From: Azolla caroliniana | Lineage: Eukaryota; Plantae; Polypodiophyta | Assembly: GCA_043228905.1 (NCBI GenBank) | Contig: JBHGNT010000017.1 | Span: 14,880,001-14,944,000, forward strand | Length of the DNA: 64,000 nucleotides | Direction: 5' to 3' | Part shown: positions 46,767 to 58,890 of the stretch, piece after piece | How the letters are laid out: each line of letters starts with the position of its first letter | Position numbering within the stretch: position 1 is the stretch's first letter | Position numbers and translations under genes: made by a program | Notes under the pieces: model-generated | The model's input: only the letters and a program-made list of their open reading frames with translations | Told to the model about the DNA's origin: nothing | The model's database searches: none

Positions 46767-46804
46767 GGGTTCGACGTACAAGGTACTGTCCCACGGGCGT
46801 GCCA
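46767..46804 (+). other. tRNA-Arg 3'-end-like sequence (an inverted PBS) at the PPT position
   Basis: GGGTTCGA[13 nt]GTCCCACGGGCGTGCCA ends 2 nt before the 3' LTR. Confidence 0.75.
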
Positions 46805-49800
46805 TGTGTTACCGGCCGGCAAGGAGTCCAAAATACGGAGTGAAGGAATTAATTAAGTATGGTTGTAAATAAGCATAGTGTGGACGGACGGACTGGAAAC
46901 GGTATGCCGTTCCAGATCCGGACGGATCCCGAATGGGTGCGATAGGCACCGTTTTGTACTACGGGCCGGAAACCTATTTAAAGGCCCGGACCCCATTGTA
47001 ATCGCAGCGGATAATTAATAGAGCATATGGTGTTTATACTTCTGTGTTGATTTCCGTTCTGTACTTACTGTTATATCTTACGCGTGTAATTAACAAAAGC
47101 GATCTAATCGTGTAACCTACTTAAGTCGGTGTAATCGTTGAATCTTAATCCTATGCCGTAACCACCCTTTGGTGAAGTGTCTCCGTGACACCTTGTGTTA
47201 GGCCTTGTCCGGTCAGAGAATAACAAGACCATGCGAATACATCTTGGTAATCGGTGAGTAAGCGTATGAGGGTTGCTTGTTCGCCGGTTGGTAAGTTATT
47301 AGCAATGTGTAGGGTGCGAGGGTTCTCGTTCGAACCGAGGTTTAGTGTTTTGAGCGTTGATGCTTTCACTCGTTGGGAGATGGCGAGTTCACGTTCAAAA
47401 GTGTCCCGAGCATGTCGTAATTCTGTGATGGTGGTAGGATCTGGCTCATCTTGGGAAGGTGTATTCTCTGTGACCTCCTCGTCTAGAGGTGTGCCGACGG
47501 CCGATATGGCATCGATTTCGAAGAGGGGTATGATAGTGGGATGGTCTTCTAGGAAGTCATCCACCTCGTCATCGGCTAACCTGTTGAGCATGTGCACCCC
47601 TTTCGTGTATAACGGCGAGGTGTTGTGGGGCGTGGTTACGCGTTCTTCAGTTATGATTCGGACGTTGGTCTTTCCTCGGCAAAACGAGATCATGTTGCGC
47701 TGCCAATGTTGTTTGATATTTGCTGTGCGCAACCATGGTCTGCCAAGTAACATTGGGTAGGCGCCCTGTGCTTCGAGTCGTAATACACCGGCCGAGATAG
47801 TGAACATGTGGCCTACTAGAGTAAAGTCGAGGTGGCGGATTAATCCGATGGGGTGAACCGATCGTGTATCGGCCATCCGAAGCCAAAAGGGGCAAGGTTC
47901 CCATTGATTCAGACCGAGTTTATGACAAGTAGCCTCGCTGATGACATTCACGCGAGAGCCACCGTCGATTATGCACCCATGCAGGTCCCGTCCTTTAATC
48001 ATAATTTTTATGGCTGGATTCTGAGCATCCATGAGGGGTGGACCCGTTCTTGGCTCGGTCAGGTGCACAGGTGGCGCGGTAGAATGGGTGTTGGCCGTTA
48101 GTGTAGCCAAGGTGTCCCAAAAACGCGACATGCGTGGTAAGAGTTTATGTAGAGGCAGGGAGATCTTGGAACTGGTAAGGGCGTCCCATAGCTGGTCATC
48201 TTTTGTCGATATGGATGGTGCCGAGGACTGTGATGCTCCGATGGTCGCGTCTCCCATTTCTGTTTGCATCCGCACCACATTGTTTTTGTTGGCCGTATCA
48301 ATCCATTCCTTGGCTGCTTGCCGAACTTCATCCTGTACTTGCCATGGAGTGGCCTAGGCTTTACTGTGTGTTGTGACGTTTTGCACGTCGGCCATAATAC
48401 TATTCACGGCAGGAGCCTTTCCGCGGTCTGTTGTTGGGCATTGCGTAGCGTAGTGACCGGGTTGGTTGCACTTGAAGCAGGTAACAGCGGCCGAGTTGCT
48501 AGTGCCAACCCGATCTATGTGTGGGGGGGGTGCGATTGATTCCTGGCCTCGTGTGTTGGTGGGTTGGTCCAGGGCGCGTTCGAGCTGTGCGGTTCATTTT
48601 GAGGGGGGTCCCGACGACGGTTGTCGTTATTCCTTCTATTGTTGCGTGATCCTCGGTGAGAGTTGTGTCGATCATTACGTGAATTTCTCTGATCGTATTG
48701 GTCATCCTGATCATCTTCATACCGATCATAATCGTCGTTTGCCTAATACTGGTCATTGTGATAGCGACCACGGTGGTCGTCCGATCTCCATCGGTTGTCG
48801 TTTCGGTAACGGTCGTTGTCCCGACAGTAATCGTTGTCACGGCGCCGCCTATCTGGCGATCAGGGTTGTTGGTTATCCTGGTTCCGGTAGGATTGTCGCT
48901 CGTCTTGACGAGAGTATGTATCCCTGGGCTCGATCTGGCGAACCAGGGTCATCGTTGTGCGGTTGAGCATATTGTATTCACATTGCTCGACAGTGTGAGA
49001 GCGGGACTGGCAGATTGGACACTGTGGCCGGTGAGGACATTCGAGGGCCAGATGGCCCGATCCCGAGAAAACTGTGCATTGGAGGGCTTGGCGGAAGCGA
49101 TTGTCCTCCTGGGGAAGGGCGCTTTGAAGTGAACTCATAGAGAACGTCGTGCTTTGCTATGTCGGATTGAGGGCGAGGACGAGCGCTATGACTTGCTCGA
49201 TCATTTGGTTGGCAAAATGAGTAAGTGCGAGAGTCGTCCGTAGAGGCTCCCGTAAGCTGGACAGGAATGCGTCCGGAATGTGTTGTGGAAAGACATCGTC
49301 GACCACTTGTCTGTAGAGATCCTGGAACCGAATCGTGAACTGTGCGACCGTCTTGTGCGGTTCTTGGCTCATGGAAAAGAACTGTTGGAGCAGTTCTCGT
49401 TTGGGCACCTCGCGATGGAAAAGTAGGAACTTCGTGCGAGCGTCTTGGAAGGTGATAAACTCCCCTGCGTCGAGGCGAGAATACCATCGCGTAGCTTGTC
49501 CATCGAGGGATAGCGTAAACTCGGCGATTTTTGAGGCCTCGATTTCGGCAGGCGAGAGTCACTGCGTTGAGTGGTTGGCCTGCAAGGTGGACATGAAGGC
49601 ACATATGTGCGACTCCGTGTTAGGGCCGTCAGTGTATCGTGTGTAAGGATACGGCATGGTATCGAAATCTGGATCTTCCGGTAAAACCGGTAAAGGGTTA
49701 GGGTTAGGGTGGGTGACCTCTAGAGGGCTTGGTGGAGAGGTTGGTGTGGAATCAACTCACGACCGAGTAGCAGGTCCCGAGGATTGCAACCGGTGAGCCT

Positions 49801-52800
49801 CCGATATTTCTCGGAAAGACTGGTCCGTGACCGCTGAGTCGGAAGTTCCTGTGACTAGCTCAGGCCGTCGGGCAGGTGGCCAAGACCACTTGGTGCGATT
49901 GGGCGCCGTAATGGCGGGTTAAGGTTGCCTTCAACGTAATTCGCTGTGATCTCATAGCCGTAACCGGGCATACCAAATTGTGTTATCCGTTCCTTTGGAA
50001 ACACCTTCGATATGCCTACAGGCTACCGGTATCAAGGGAAGTGTAACGTGAAGACTTGTACACGGAGGTGTCGTTAGGGGAAGGGAACGGAGAGCATACC
50101 CGGAATATAACCTGGGGCGTATACATAGTTGAGATCGTAGGAATGAAGGAACATAGATGAAAACAATAAGAGCTAACAGATATGTATTACTGCAAACAGT
50201 TATCGATGATTACAAAACACGGCTCACGGCCGGTGACCTTACAGAGCTCTTGTAACTATGAAAATGACCTCGCCTATACTCTAGATATCTCTCCCTGCCG
50301 AGGTACGTAGACCTTGGTTTATATACTTTCTCTTCATACAGAGCCGAGCCGTCGGCTGACTGTGAGGCTCGAAACTTGGCGTTTTCCTAACTCTACTTTC
50401 CTCACCTACTAGCCTTACCTACCAGCGTATTACATTTAACTAATTTATGTTTTTGTCCCATGGACAACACTTGTCCCCAACAGTCTTGACCCTATAGACC
50501 CATTTCTTCCTGAGTGCTCTTTTACCTTTCGGCAGCTCTACTAGGTTGTAGGTGTAATTTGCGTGCAAGGATTCCATCTCCTCTTGCATCGCGTTCATCC
50601 ATTTTTCTTTGCTCTCGTCTGCAATGGCTTCTTCATAGCACTCCGGTTCACTGTCATCAGTCAAGAGGACGTATTGACTGGCATATGTAATCGGTGCCTT
50701 CCTTTCTCTGAGTGGGTACCTTCGTCCACTCGCTGTTGGCTCTTTTTTAGATGTCTCTGCCAACTCTTCTCTTTGCTCGGGATTCTGCTCATCAATCGGC
50801 ATCTCTAGGTTGGACAACTCCAACTCATATTCCTCAATTGATTTTAGCAGCTCTGCCGACTATGACTCATAGTTTGTCGGTCTTTCCGAGTTGACCGACT
50901 CGGATTCGGCTTTGCCGGCCAGTTGTATCCTTATAGCTGCTGGTGACGACACATTTGGTCTTAAGTCGATGGTAGTCGAGGTTGACTGGGGAGTCGATTC
51001 CGACTTCTGTTGCTTCCAGTCTTCAACTGTCTTATCTTCCAGAAAGACAACGTCCCAACTTATCACTACCTTCTTGTCAACTAAGTCTCACAACCTGTAG
51101 CCAAATTCATCTTCCGAGTATCCCATGAATAGGCATGCTTTCGACATGTTGTCGAGGTTTGACCTTTGATCCTTTGGTACATGCATATATGCCAAGCATA
51201 CAAACACCCTCAGGTGTTGGTAGGGGACATCCTTACTTGTCCACACCCTCTGTGGGACATCACCCTTTAATGGTACTAAGGGAGACCTGTTGATCAGATA
51301 AACAGTTGTATACATCGCCTCAGCCCAATAGGATTTCGGCAATTTCGCATGAGAGAGCATGCTCCTCACTCTCTCCATGATCGTTCAATTCTTCCTCTCT
51401 GCAAGCCCGTTCAACTTTGGGGTCTTTGGCACTGTGTATTCGATCCGAATACCTTGGCACTTGCAGTATTCCACAAACTGCCCTTTGTACTCGCCACCGT
51501 TGTCGATTCGAAGAACCTTCAGTTTCCGACCCAACACTCTTTCGGTTCTTGCCTAGAACTCCTTGAAAACCGACAGTACTTGATCCTTCGACTTCAGTAC
51601 GAAGGCCCATGTCTTCCGACTATGGTCATCAATAAATGTCACGAAGTACTATCCACCTCGATGCGATGGAGCATCCACATAGCTCACGTCCGTGTGTACT
51701 AGTTCCAGTGCAGCTTCTTTTCTCCTCGGTGGTCTCGAGTGGAATGCCGCCCTGTTCTGCTTTTCGGCTAAGCAGTCGACACACTTCTCCAAGTGTACTC
51801 CCTTGACTTCTGGTAGAAGTTCCTGGTTGGCTAGCAGGTGCATTCCCTTTTCACTCATGTGGCCTAGCCTCTTATGCCATATCTCCCCTGTCGAGTCGGT
51901 TGCCACGTTTACTTCCGATTTGAACAGCCATGCATGCATCATGTACAATGTGCCTTCTTTCCGTGCTCGGGCCACTATGAGATTTCCTCGTCAAAACTTC
52001 CACTTACCATTCCGAAAGCTACCATTGTAGCCTTCGTCATCAAGCCTTCCAGTTGATATCAGATTCAATCTGATATCGGGGACGTGTCGAACATCCTTCA
52101 ACGTCAGCCGACACCCTGTCGACGTCGTTAACCATACACTTCCGACTCTGGTTATCTTGCACTCTCCACTATCGCCCATCTTTACATAGCCATGATCCCC
52201 GACTATGTAAGTTGAGAAATACTCTCTTGACGGAGTAATATGGAAGGATGCGCCAGAGTTGATCACCCAAGTGCACTCTTCGCTTGCAAGATTTGCACTT
52301 GCTTGTTCACAGATGAATAGGTTTGACATTATTTTCGACACTCTTGTCTTTCCTCATGTGTCGGCAGTCCTTCTGGAAGTGTCCAGGTTTTCCTCAATAG
52401 AAGCACACAGGCTTACCTCTGGACTTCGATCTGCCGTGGGATTTGTCCATCCACTGCGGACTTCTTCTTCGCCGGTCCCTTCCTCTATCCATGTGTTGAG
52501 TCAAATTCGACTCCGTTTGGGATAGGACTCTGTCTTTTCTCCTTGCCTCCTCGTTTAGGATGCTTGTCTTCACCGTTTGTAAAGACAAGTTCTCTTCTTC
52601 ACATGAGGTGTTGAGATTAACCACCAGGTTCTCCCAGCTTTCCGATAGTGTGCACATCAGCAGGATGGCCTGCATTGCGTCATCCAGGGGAAACTTGGTC
52701 GCATCAAGTTGATTTACATACCCCATAAATGTGTTGATGTGTTCAACAATGCTCTCACCGTCTGTGTATTTCAGCCGCACGATTTTTCTCATCAGTGAGG

Positions 52801-53694
52801 TTCTGTTTAGCGCGTTCTTCCTCTCATAACGACCCGACAACTTCTGCCACATCTTGTGGGCATTCATGTCGTTCGCCACATGTTGAAGGACACTTACATC
52901 GACACATTGTCGGATTGTGGCCACCACCTTCCTATTCAGAAGCTTCCAGTTCGACTCCAATACCCCCCTGGGTATTTCTTCTCTGTCGACTCGCTCGTAC
53001 AGGTCTTTGACTATGAGAAGGTCTTCCATCTTTAACTTCCAGTCTGAATTGTTCTGAGAGTTTAGAACTATCATACCTGGGAATCCGCTCACACCTCCTT
53101 CCATGCTTGCACCTCAAGTTCTGATACTAGTTTGTTGAGAAATCGATGCGGAATAGATCACAATAAACCAACTACGCGCTGAAATACGAATCACAGAAAA
53201 TGCCAGAAAAAAACAAGACAAACAAATGTACACAGAGATTTACGTGGAAACCCTAAAATGGGGAAAACCACAGGTGAACAGAACTTCACTATACAAATAG
53301 TGGATATACACCACCGAGAAGGTTACAACACTCTGTCAAGTGTATCAGCTGCACAGGGCTCTTCACGTCTGCTGTTACACACACAGCTATGGCGCGGCTC
53401 ACACTTCTTCTCTCATTCTACGTTGTTCATTACAGTTAAAGTTTGCCCTAGTTGCATAAATACTTACGCAACTTTCCGGTTATTTTCATACGTAGCCCTC
53501 ATGGGGCGCACACTTAGACTATTTACAAAATATAGTCTCCCCAGTTGGCTATCTACACGATTCCGGTTTTGGCCATGTTTTCCGACTCTTTGACCGTCGG
53601 CTTTCCGAATAGTCGGATCATCCTCCCACTAGAGGGACATATTCCCAACACAAGATACAATGTGAATACGACCATTATAGACCAGTATTCGACA

Positions 53695-54393
53695 CTCCCA
53701 CAATGAGAATGCCTTCGTCTACTTTGCCATGCTGAAATAGACATTCTCTACCACGCGCATCCGGATGGTTAATCTTGTGATTTTGTCCATCCATCGCCAT
53801 TCTTCAAGACAAACATCGAAGTCGGCTTGGAGGTATGCCATATTGCTGCAACTTGTTGTTGGATGATGAGAATATCATGCATCATCTCCTTCCATAAGGC
53901 AAAGTTCTTTCCGTCAAACTTCTTGATTTCTATGTTTGTGCCATATGTAGAAGCCATATTCTGGAAGTGAGGTTTTGTTGGCCTAGTCTTTCTTTCAGCC
54001 GGTTTGTTCTTCTTTTTTAGCTTTCTATTATTTATAGCCACCAGACAGCATGGTAGCTCTAATACCACTTGTTGTAAGTAATATGAGTTGTGTAGTGGAA
54101 GATGATGTGAGGACCTGTAGGAGTCGTGTCTGACAAATACACAAATAACTAGAGAAGATAGATTATGCACAAGAGGCAAGAAAATAGAAACAAAATGCAT
54201 ATTGTTAAGCTCTAATCGAAGACTATATATTCTCTTTGAAAACTCTCTCACTATTTACAACCTCTCAGTTGGGCTTATATACTCAAGCCCTAACTGGGGA
54301 ACGTGTTGACACTAAGGACGCAAGAGTTGGGTCGAGTTGGCCTTTTATGCCAAAATGTCTACCAAGAATAGGTCACCCTCTCTGAGACTAACA
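53695..54393 (-). mobile_element. Copia M fragment: 5' LTR about 54070-54393, decayed PBS 54056-54067, gag N-terminus
   Basis: IKKFDGKNFALWKEMM...FSLWE. Confidence 0.65.
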
Positions 54394-54660
54394 TATAGTG
54401 GGTACAATGAGTGCACCTTCGGTCCTCTGGTAACCAGGAGGTTCCCCCTATGGAGCGTCCACCCTCCTATCAAGTAGTCGGCACAGATGCCGTCTTCGTC
54501 CAATTGTCTGATTGAGATCAATAGACTTGAGAGATGTTGTGTGGTACATGTCGGACGTTGTGTAGTACAAGGGTACAGCTGCCCGGAAGGTTAAGCTCTA
54601 CCGTTGTCATGATGTGGCATGTCCACTGAGTGAAAAAGTGTGGTTCCACGCACATTACAC
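54394..54660 (-). pseudogene. Copia protease-region relic
   Basis: LVLHNVRHVP...SIRQLDEDG...GNLLVTRGPK. Confidence 0.55.
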
Positions 54661-54665
54661 ACACT

Positions 54666-56098
54666 TGTAAATATGAAAATAAGCTTAAGGCTAAGTGCAT
54701 ACAGGGAGGTGCAAGCAAGATTTGAACCTTGCACCTCCAAGATAGGAAACAATTGACTTATCACGAAGGCTACTACTGAGTGCTTTAAATTTTGTATATT
54801 TTCTTATCATATTTAGTATTCCATAAGAAACAAACATATAAAACCGTGTGCAAAAAACCATGGTTTAAACCTATGGTTTTGTGCATGTCATAAGCAAAAC
54901 CATGTGCACAAAACCATGGTTTTAGCCCATGGTTTTATGCATGAACAAACCTATAAAAACCCTAGTAGAGAGTGTGTAAAGGGGGGCCTCAAGAGGTAAA
55001 TCACCATCAATATAAAATTCTTCTTATAAATATACTTCTTATTGTTCTTCTTCTTTTACCTTCAATCAATATTATTATACTTATTGTTCTGCTTATAATC
55101 GTCAATCTTTCGATCTTTTCAAATGTGACATTGGTTTCCTCGACTCATATCCATATATCATCATCTTTTCAAAACTTTCGCAAACTTCCTCCCCAGTCTG
55201 AGACACCAGTGGTCCCGCTCAAGCGAAGCACGCACACACACGCATCTTCGCAACATCTTTTTGGTTAACCCGACGTGAAGAGAGGCATGGGAGGTTGAAG
55301 ATGGACGAGGAATATCTCATGGATGTAATGTCAAAGATGATGATAGAATTTTCGAGAGAAGGGAGAAGACGAGATGCGGCCCAACAAGCCATCGAAAGTG
55401 TGGTCCAGCGAGTTGGTTGTTTCGACGGGGGCAAAGTCCAAAATTTTGTAGAAACCTACAATGCCGAGATGGATTCGAGAGGTGTGAACGAAGTTATGAG
55501 GCTGGAGTACTTTTGTCGGGTGGTGGCCAAACCGATCTACAAAGAGGTGAACGAGCTTCAAGAAGCTCACGACTCTTGGGTGTCCTTCGAGGAAGCTCTA
55601 TTGGAGACACTCAACATAGAATCTTTGATGAGAGAAGCATTCGAGAGTTTAAAGGTGCAAGTCAAGGCCAAAGAGAATCTTATAATGGAGCAAAAGCCGA
55701 TTCAAATGGTGATCAAGGAAGAAGAGACCTCACAACAAAGGTGGAGTAATGATACGACCAATATGAAAGCCCAAGTTCGGTACGGTAATACCACAGCAGA
55801 AGGTGTGGAACAAGCCACCTTCTCGACTTACGGAGGAACGACGGTCAAAAGAAAGGCCGAAGAATCAAGAGTGGGAAATGCCGCTATAAAAGTGAATGAG
55901 CATTTCGGAACATACATTGTGTCCGAAATATCAAGTGTTGAAGGTGCAAGCATGAGCAAAGCTTGCGTGATCGAGGGAGATAAAGAGTACAAGGCCGATG
56001 TGATTGAGGAGGTGTCACATTCTAGACGCGAACCTCTGACTTTTAACACACATAGTACATTTGTTGTGTTAACCATATGGAAACTCTTGTGAACTATC
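54666..56098 (+). mobile_element. C-family (Trp-primed) relic: LTR ending at 55255, PBS 55262-55278, gag-like ORF 55295-56092
   Basis: U5 GTGGTCCCGC is shared with C. PBS TGGTTAACCCGACGTGA. The N-terminal half of the ORF aligns with C gag. The LTR start is approximate. Confidence 0.7.
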
Positions 56099-58890
56099 TG
56101 TTGGGATTTCGGTCCCTCGGAATGGGATGATGACTACCCGGCAAGGAAGACCCGGTGAGAACCGGATGATGCAGGCCCGGTGAGAACCTCTCACCGGATG
56201 AAGGGACATATATGTAAATATGTCTCTGACAAGCCCATTGGGGCTATATTTGTAAATAGTCCTAAAGTCATATTAGTATAAATATGACCTAGGGCAAACA
56301 CTATTTGTGATCATTGTTGCAGATCATTGTAAGTGTGGTTGTATTTGTATGAGTAACTATTGTACAAAGAGTGAGAGAGAGAGAGAGAGAGAGAGATACA
56401 GAGCGATACTCTATTGTAACCGCCATTGTGCGAAGAAACAGAGCTCGAGGTCGTTGCCTCCGAGTCTCTAATTGTACTCTTTCTCTTCATAGTGATAGTT
56501 CGGAGTTTATGGGCTCCCGTGGTTTTTCCCTATTAGGGTTTTCCATGTAAACATCTTGTGTCATTTTCTTGTGTACTCTCCAGTTCCCATTTCTGTGTTT
56601 GATTCTTATTGAAGTGATTTACTACTCTGTTGTGGCTGAACGATATTCCGTGCATTTCTCATCAAACTGGTATCAGAGCGATCAACACAAAAAATGGAAG
56701 AATCTTACGGCGGCATGTTCAAGCTCACCAGCTCCAACTACTCAGTGTGGAAGTCAAAGATGAGGGACATGTTGGTGGTTAAAGATATTTGGTTGCCGGT
56801 TCAGTTCGGTGACAAGAGACCGGATAAGATTGATGCCACGGTGTGGGAGGTGATGCACATGAAGACGATGGCACACATTCGGTGCTTCATCGACATGAGC
56901 ATGTACAACAACTTCAATGAAGATAACAAGGCCCATGAACTCTGGGAGAAGATCGACATCATGTTCCAGAACAAGAATGTCGTTAATCGGGTTTTGGTAT
57001 TTCGGAAGCTAGTGCGGCTCTGGTACCAAGATGGCTCAAGCATGGCAGAGAACATGAATGCCTTCCAAGGGTTGATTCACCAGGCAACCTCGTTGGAAGT
57101 ACCACTCTCCGATGAGGTACTTGCTCTACTCTTGCTCGGTTCCCTCCCAAATAGCTGGGAGACGTTAGTTGTCACGTTGGGCTATGCCGGGCCAAAAGGA
57201 AAACAACTATCCCTAGCAAGAGTCAAGTCGAGCTTGCTAGATGAGGAGGCACGTCGGAAAGACAAGGAGGTGATCTCCGACGCCAAAGCCCTACTTACCA
57301 AATCGGAATGTGGAAGACAAAGGAATCGGAGTTCCCAGAACCGGGAAAAGTCGGGGACATGGTCAAAATCAAGGGGGAGGCCAACTTGCTTCTATTGTGG
57401 CAAGTCGGGGCACTTCCAGAAGAACTGTCGGCATTTCTGGAAAGACAAGGGAACCGACAATACCGATTCGAAGAAGTCACCGGACCGAAACAGTTCAGAT
57501 CGGCGAGGCCCAGACCGGAAGGTCAACACACTATACTTGACGAATGCCCGGATATGCCGGGAAGAAGTGAACGTAGCATCCGACACTGTCGGTGAGCTGT
57601 GGCACAAAAGACTGTGTCACATGAGTGAGAAGGGGATGAAAAGGCTTGCCGATGACAACCTCATTCCGGTGAAGGACGTGCAACTTGAGAAGTGCACCGA
57701 CGGCCTGGCCGGAAAGCAAAACCGCACCTCCTTCCAGTCAAGATCACCGATGAGACGGAATGCATCATTGGAGCTAGTGCATACCAATGTGTGTCAAGTT
57801 GGCACGAAGTCACATGCTGGATCGCAGTACTTCGTGATGTTCATAGATGACCACAGCCAGAAGTTGTGGGTCTCACCATTGAAGACAAAGGATCAAGTAT
57901 TATCTGTCTTCAAGGAGCTCCACGCGAGAGTGGAAAGAGAAACCAGTTGGAAGTTGAAAGTGGTTCGAGCAGATAACAGAGGAGAATACCGGGGGCAGTT
58001 CGACGAGTACTGCCGGTCGAAGGGAATCCGGCTCGAATTCACCGTGCCGAAGATGTCAGAACTAAATGGGTTGGCCGAAAGGATGAATCTGACCATAATG
58101 GAGAGAGTCCGCGGCATGCTCGTACATGCCAAGTTACCCAAGACGTTTTGGGCTGAGGCGCTGACGACAACGACCTATGTGATAAATAGATCACCCTCAG
58201 TACCCTTGGACGGAGACTCACAACAGAAAGTATGGACCAGTAAGGATGTGTCTTACCAGCATCTGAAGGTGTTCGGATGTCTCGCATACACATGCATATG
58301 GCGAAGGACAAGAGAGCAAAGCTGGATTCGACGTCCCAGCCATGCATATTCCTTGGATACGACGATGATGAGTTCGATTACCGGGTGTGGGATTTGGTCG
58401 ACAGAAAGGTGTTCCGGAGTCGGGACATAGTCTTCATGGAAGACAGAACCATTGCCGACTGGGAGTCATAGAACAAGGTAATGAACTCCGGATAAACCAT
58501 TGAAAACCGGCTTGAGGACAAAAGGATATACCCGGTTGAAAACCGGATGACACTCGGCAAACTGGCCGGATACGGACAGGAAACCGAACCGACCGAAGAA
58601 GAAGAAGAAGAAGACACCGGCACCGGCACCGGCACCGGCACCAGACAAGATCCCGAATCGGATTCGGATTCGGAACAAACGGAGGAACCGGAAGTAAGAA
58701 ACCAAGGACGGAGATATCCTCTCCAGGAGAGAACAACCCCCCAAAGATTTCTGGATGCAGAGCATGTGTTAATAACCGATGAGGGGGAGCCGGAAAGTTT
58801 TGAAGAAGCAAGGGGAGACACCCACAGCCGCAAGTGGTTGAGTGCCATGCATGATGAGATGGATTCCTTGCATGAGAACCACACATACAA
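56099..58890 (+). mobile_element. Truncated Tork-like copia H: LTR 56099-56664, PBS 56668-56679, Gag-INT ORF 56694-58430 lacking protease
   Basis: High similarity to B from late gag onward. Ends at MDSLHENHTY. Confidence 0.88.

Larger units (their letters stand above)
39174..47225 (+). mobile_element. Young non-chromovirus (Athila-like) gypsy G: gag-less, intact pol, extra 3' ORF, no canonical PPT
   Basis: 419-bp LTRs at 39174-39592 and 46807-47225 (2 differences by eye). TSD AGACC. PBS TGGCGACCACGATGGG at 39599-39614 (tRNA-Arg-like). Confidence 0.95.
38148..50434 (-). mobile_element. Degenerate non-chromovirus gypsy F, related to G: 5' LTR 49981-50434, gag, PR, RT and partial RNase H; 3' half deleted
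   Basis: PBS TGGTATGCCCGGT at 49963-49975. IIDGGS protease. DVFAWS|YMDM is split by G. FLDGFSGYNQI. Confidence 0.85.
36744..50482 (+). mobile_element. Copia D+: LTR 36744-37043, PBS 37047-37058, gag about 37545-38148, terminal LTR remnant 50435-50482
   Basis: TSD GTCTT duplicates 'KT' in E's YRVKT|GEVDNEPRYK. Gag peptide FDGSNFNFWKEQMQDYL. Confidence 0.75.
34836..53650 (-). mobile_element. Degenerate Tork-like copia E (host of D+, F and G)
   Basis: LTRs at 34836-35357 and 53133-53650. TSD CAAGA. Decayed iMet PBS at 53118-53129. Gag 52394-53104, PR/INT about 50500-52340, RT/RNase H 35368-36743. Confidence 0.92.
34525..53694 (-). mobile_element. Family-D solo LTR (34525-34835 plus 53651-53694) split by element E
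   Basis: The joined halves match the LTRs at 12274 and 36744. Confidence 0.75.

Noticed and set aside
46754-46769. AAGGGGCCGAGAAGGG as G's PPT
   Set aside because: It is interrupted by pyrimidines and lies about 40 nt from the LTR, while a PPT must abut the LTR to define its end. It cannot be excluded as a vestige.
49695-49709. GGGTTAGGGTTAGGG as an interstitial telomere
   Set aside because: It encodes PNPNP in F's gag on the minus strand.
53695-53703. TGTGGGAG as a PPT for the family-D LTR
   Set aside because: It is the LWE codons of host element M's gag.
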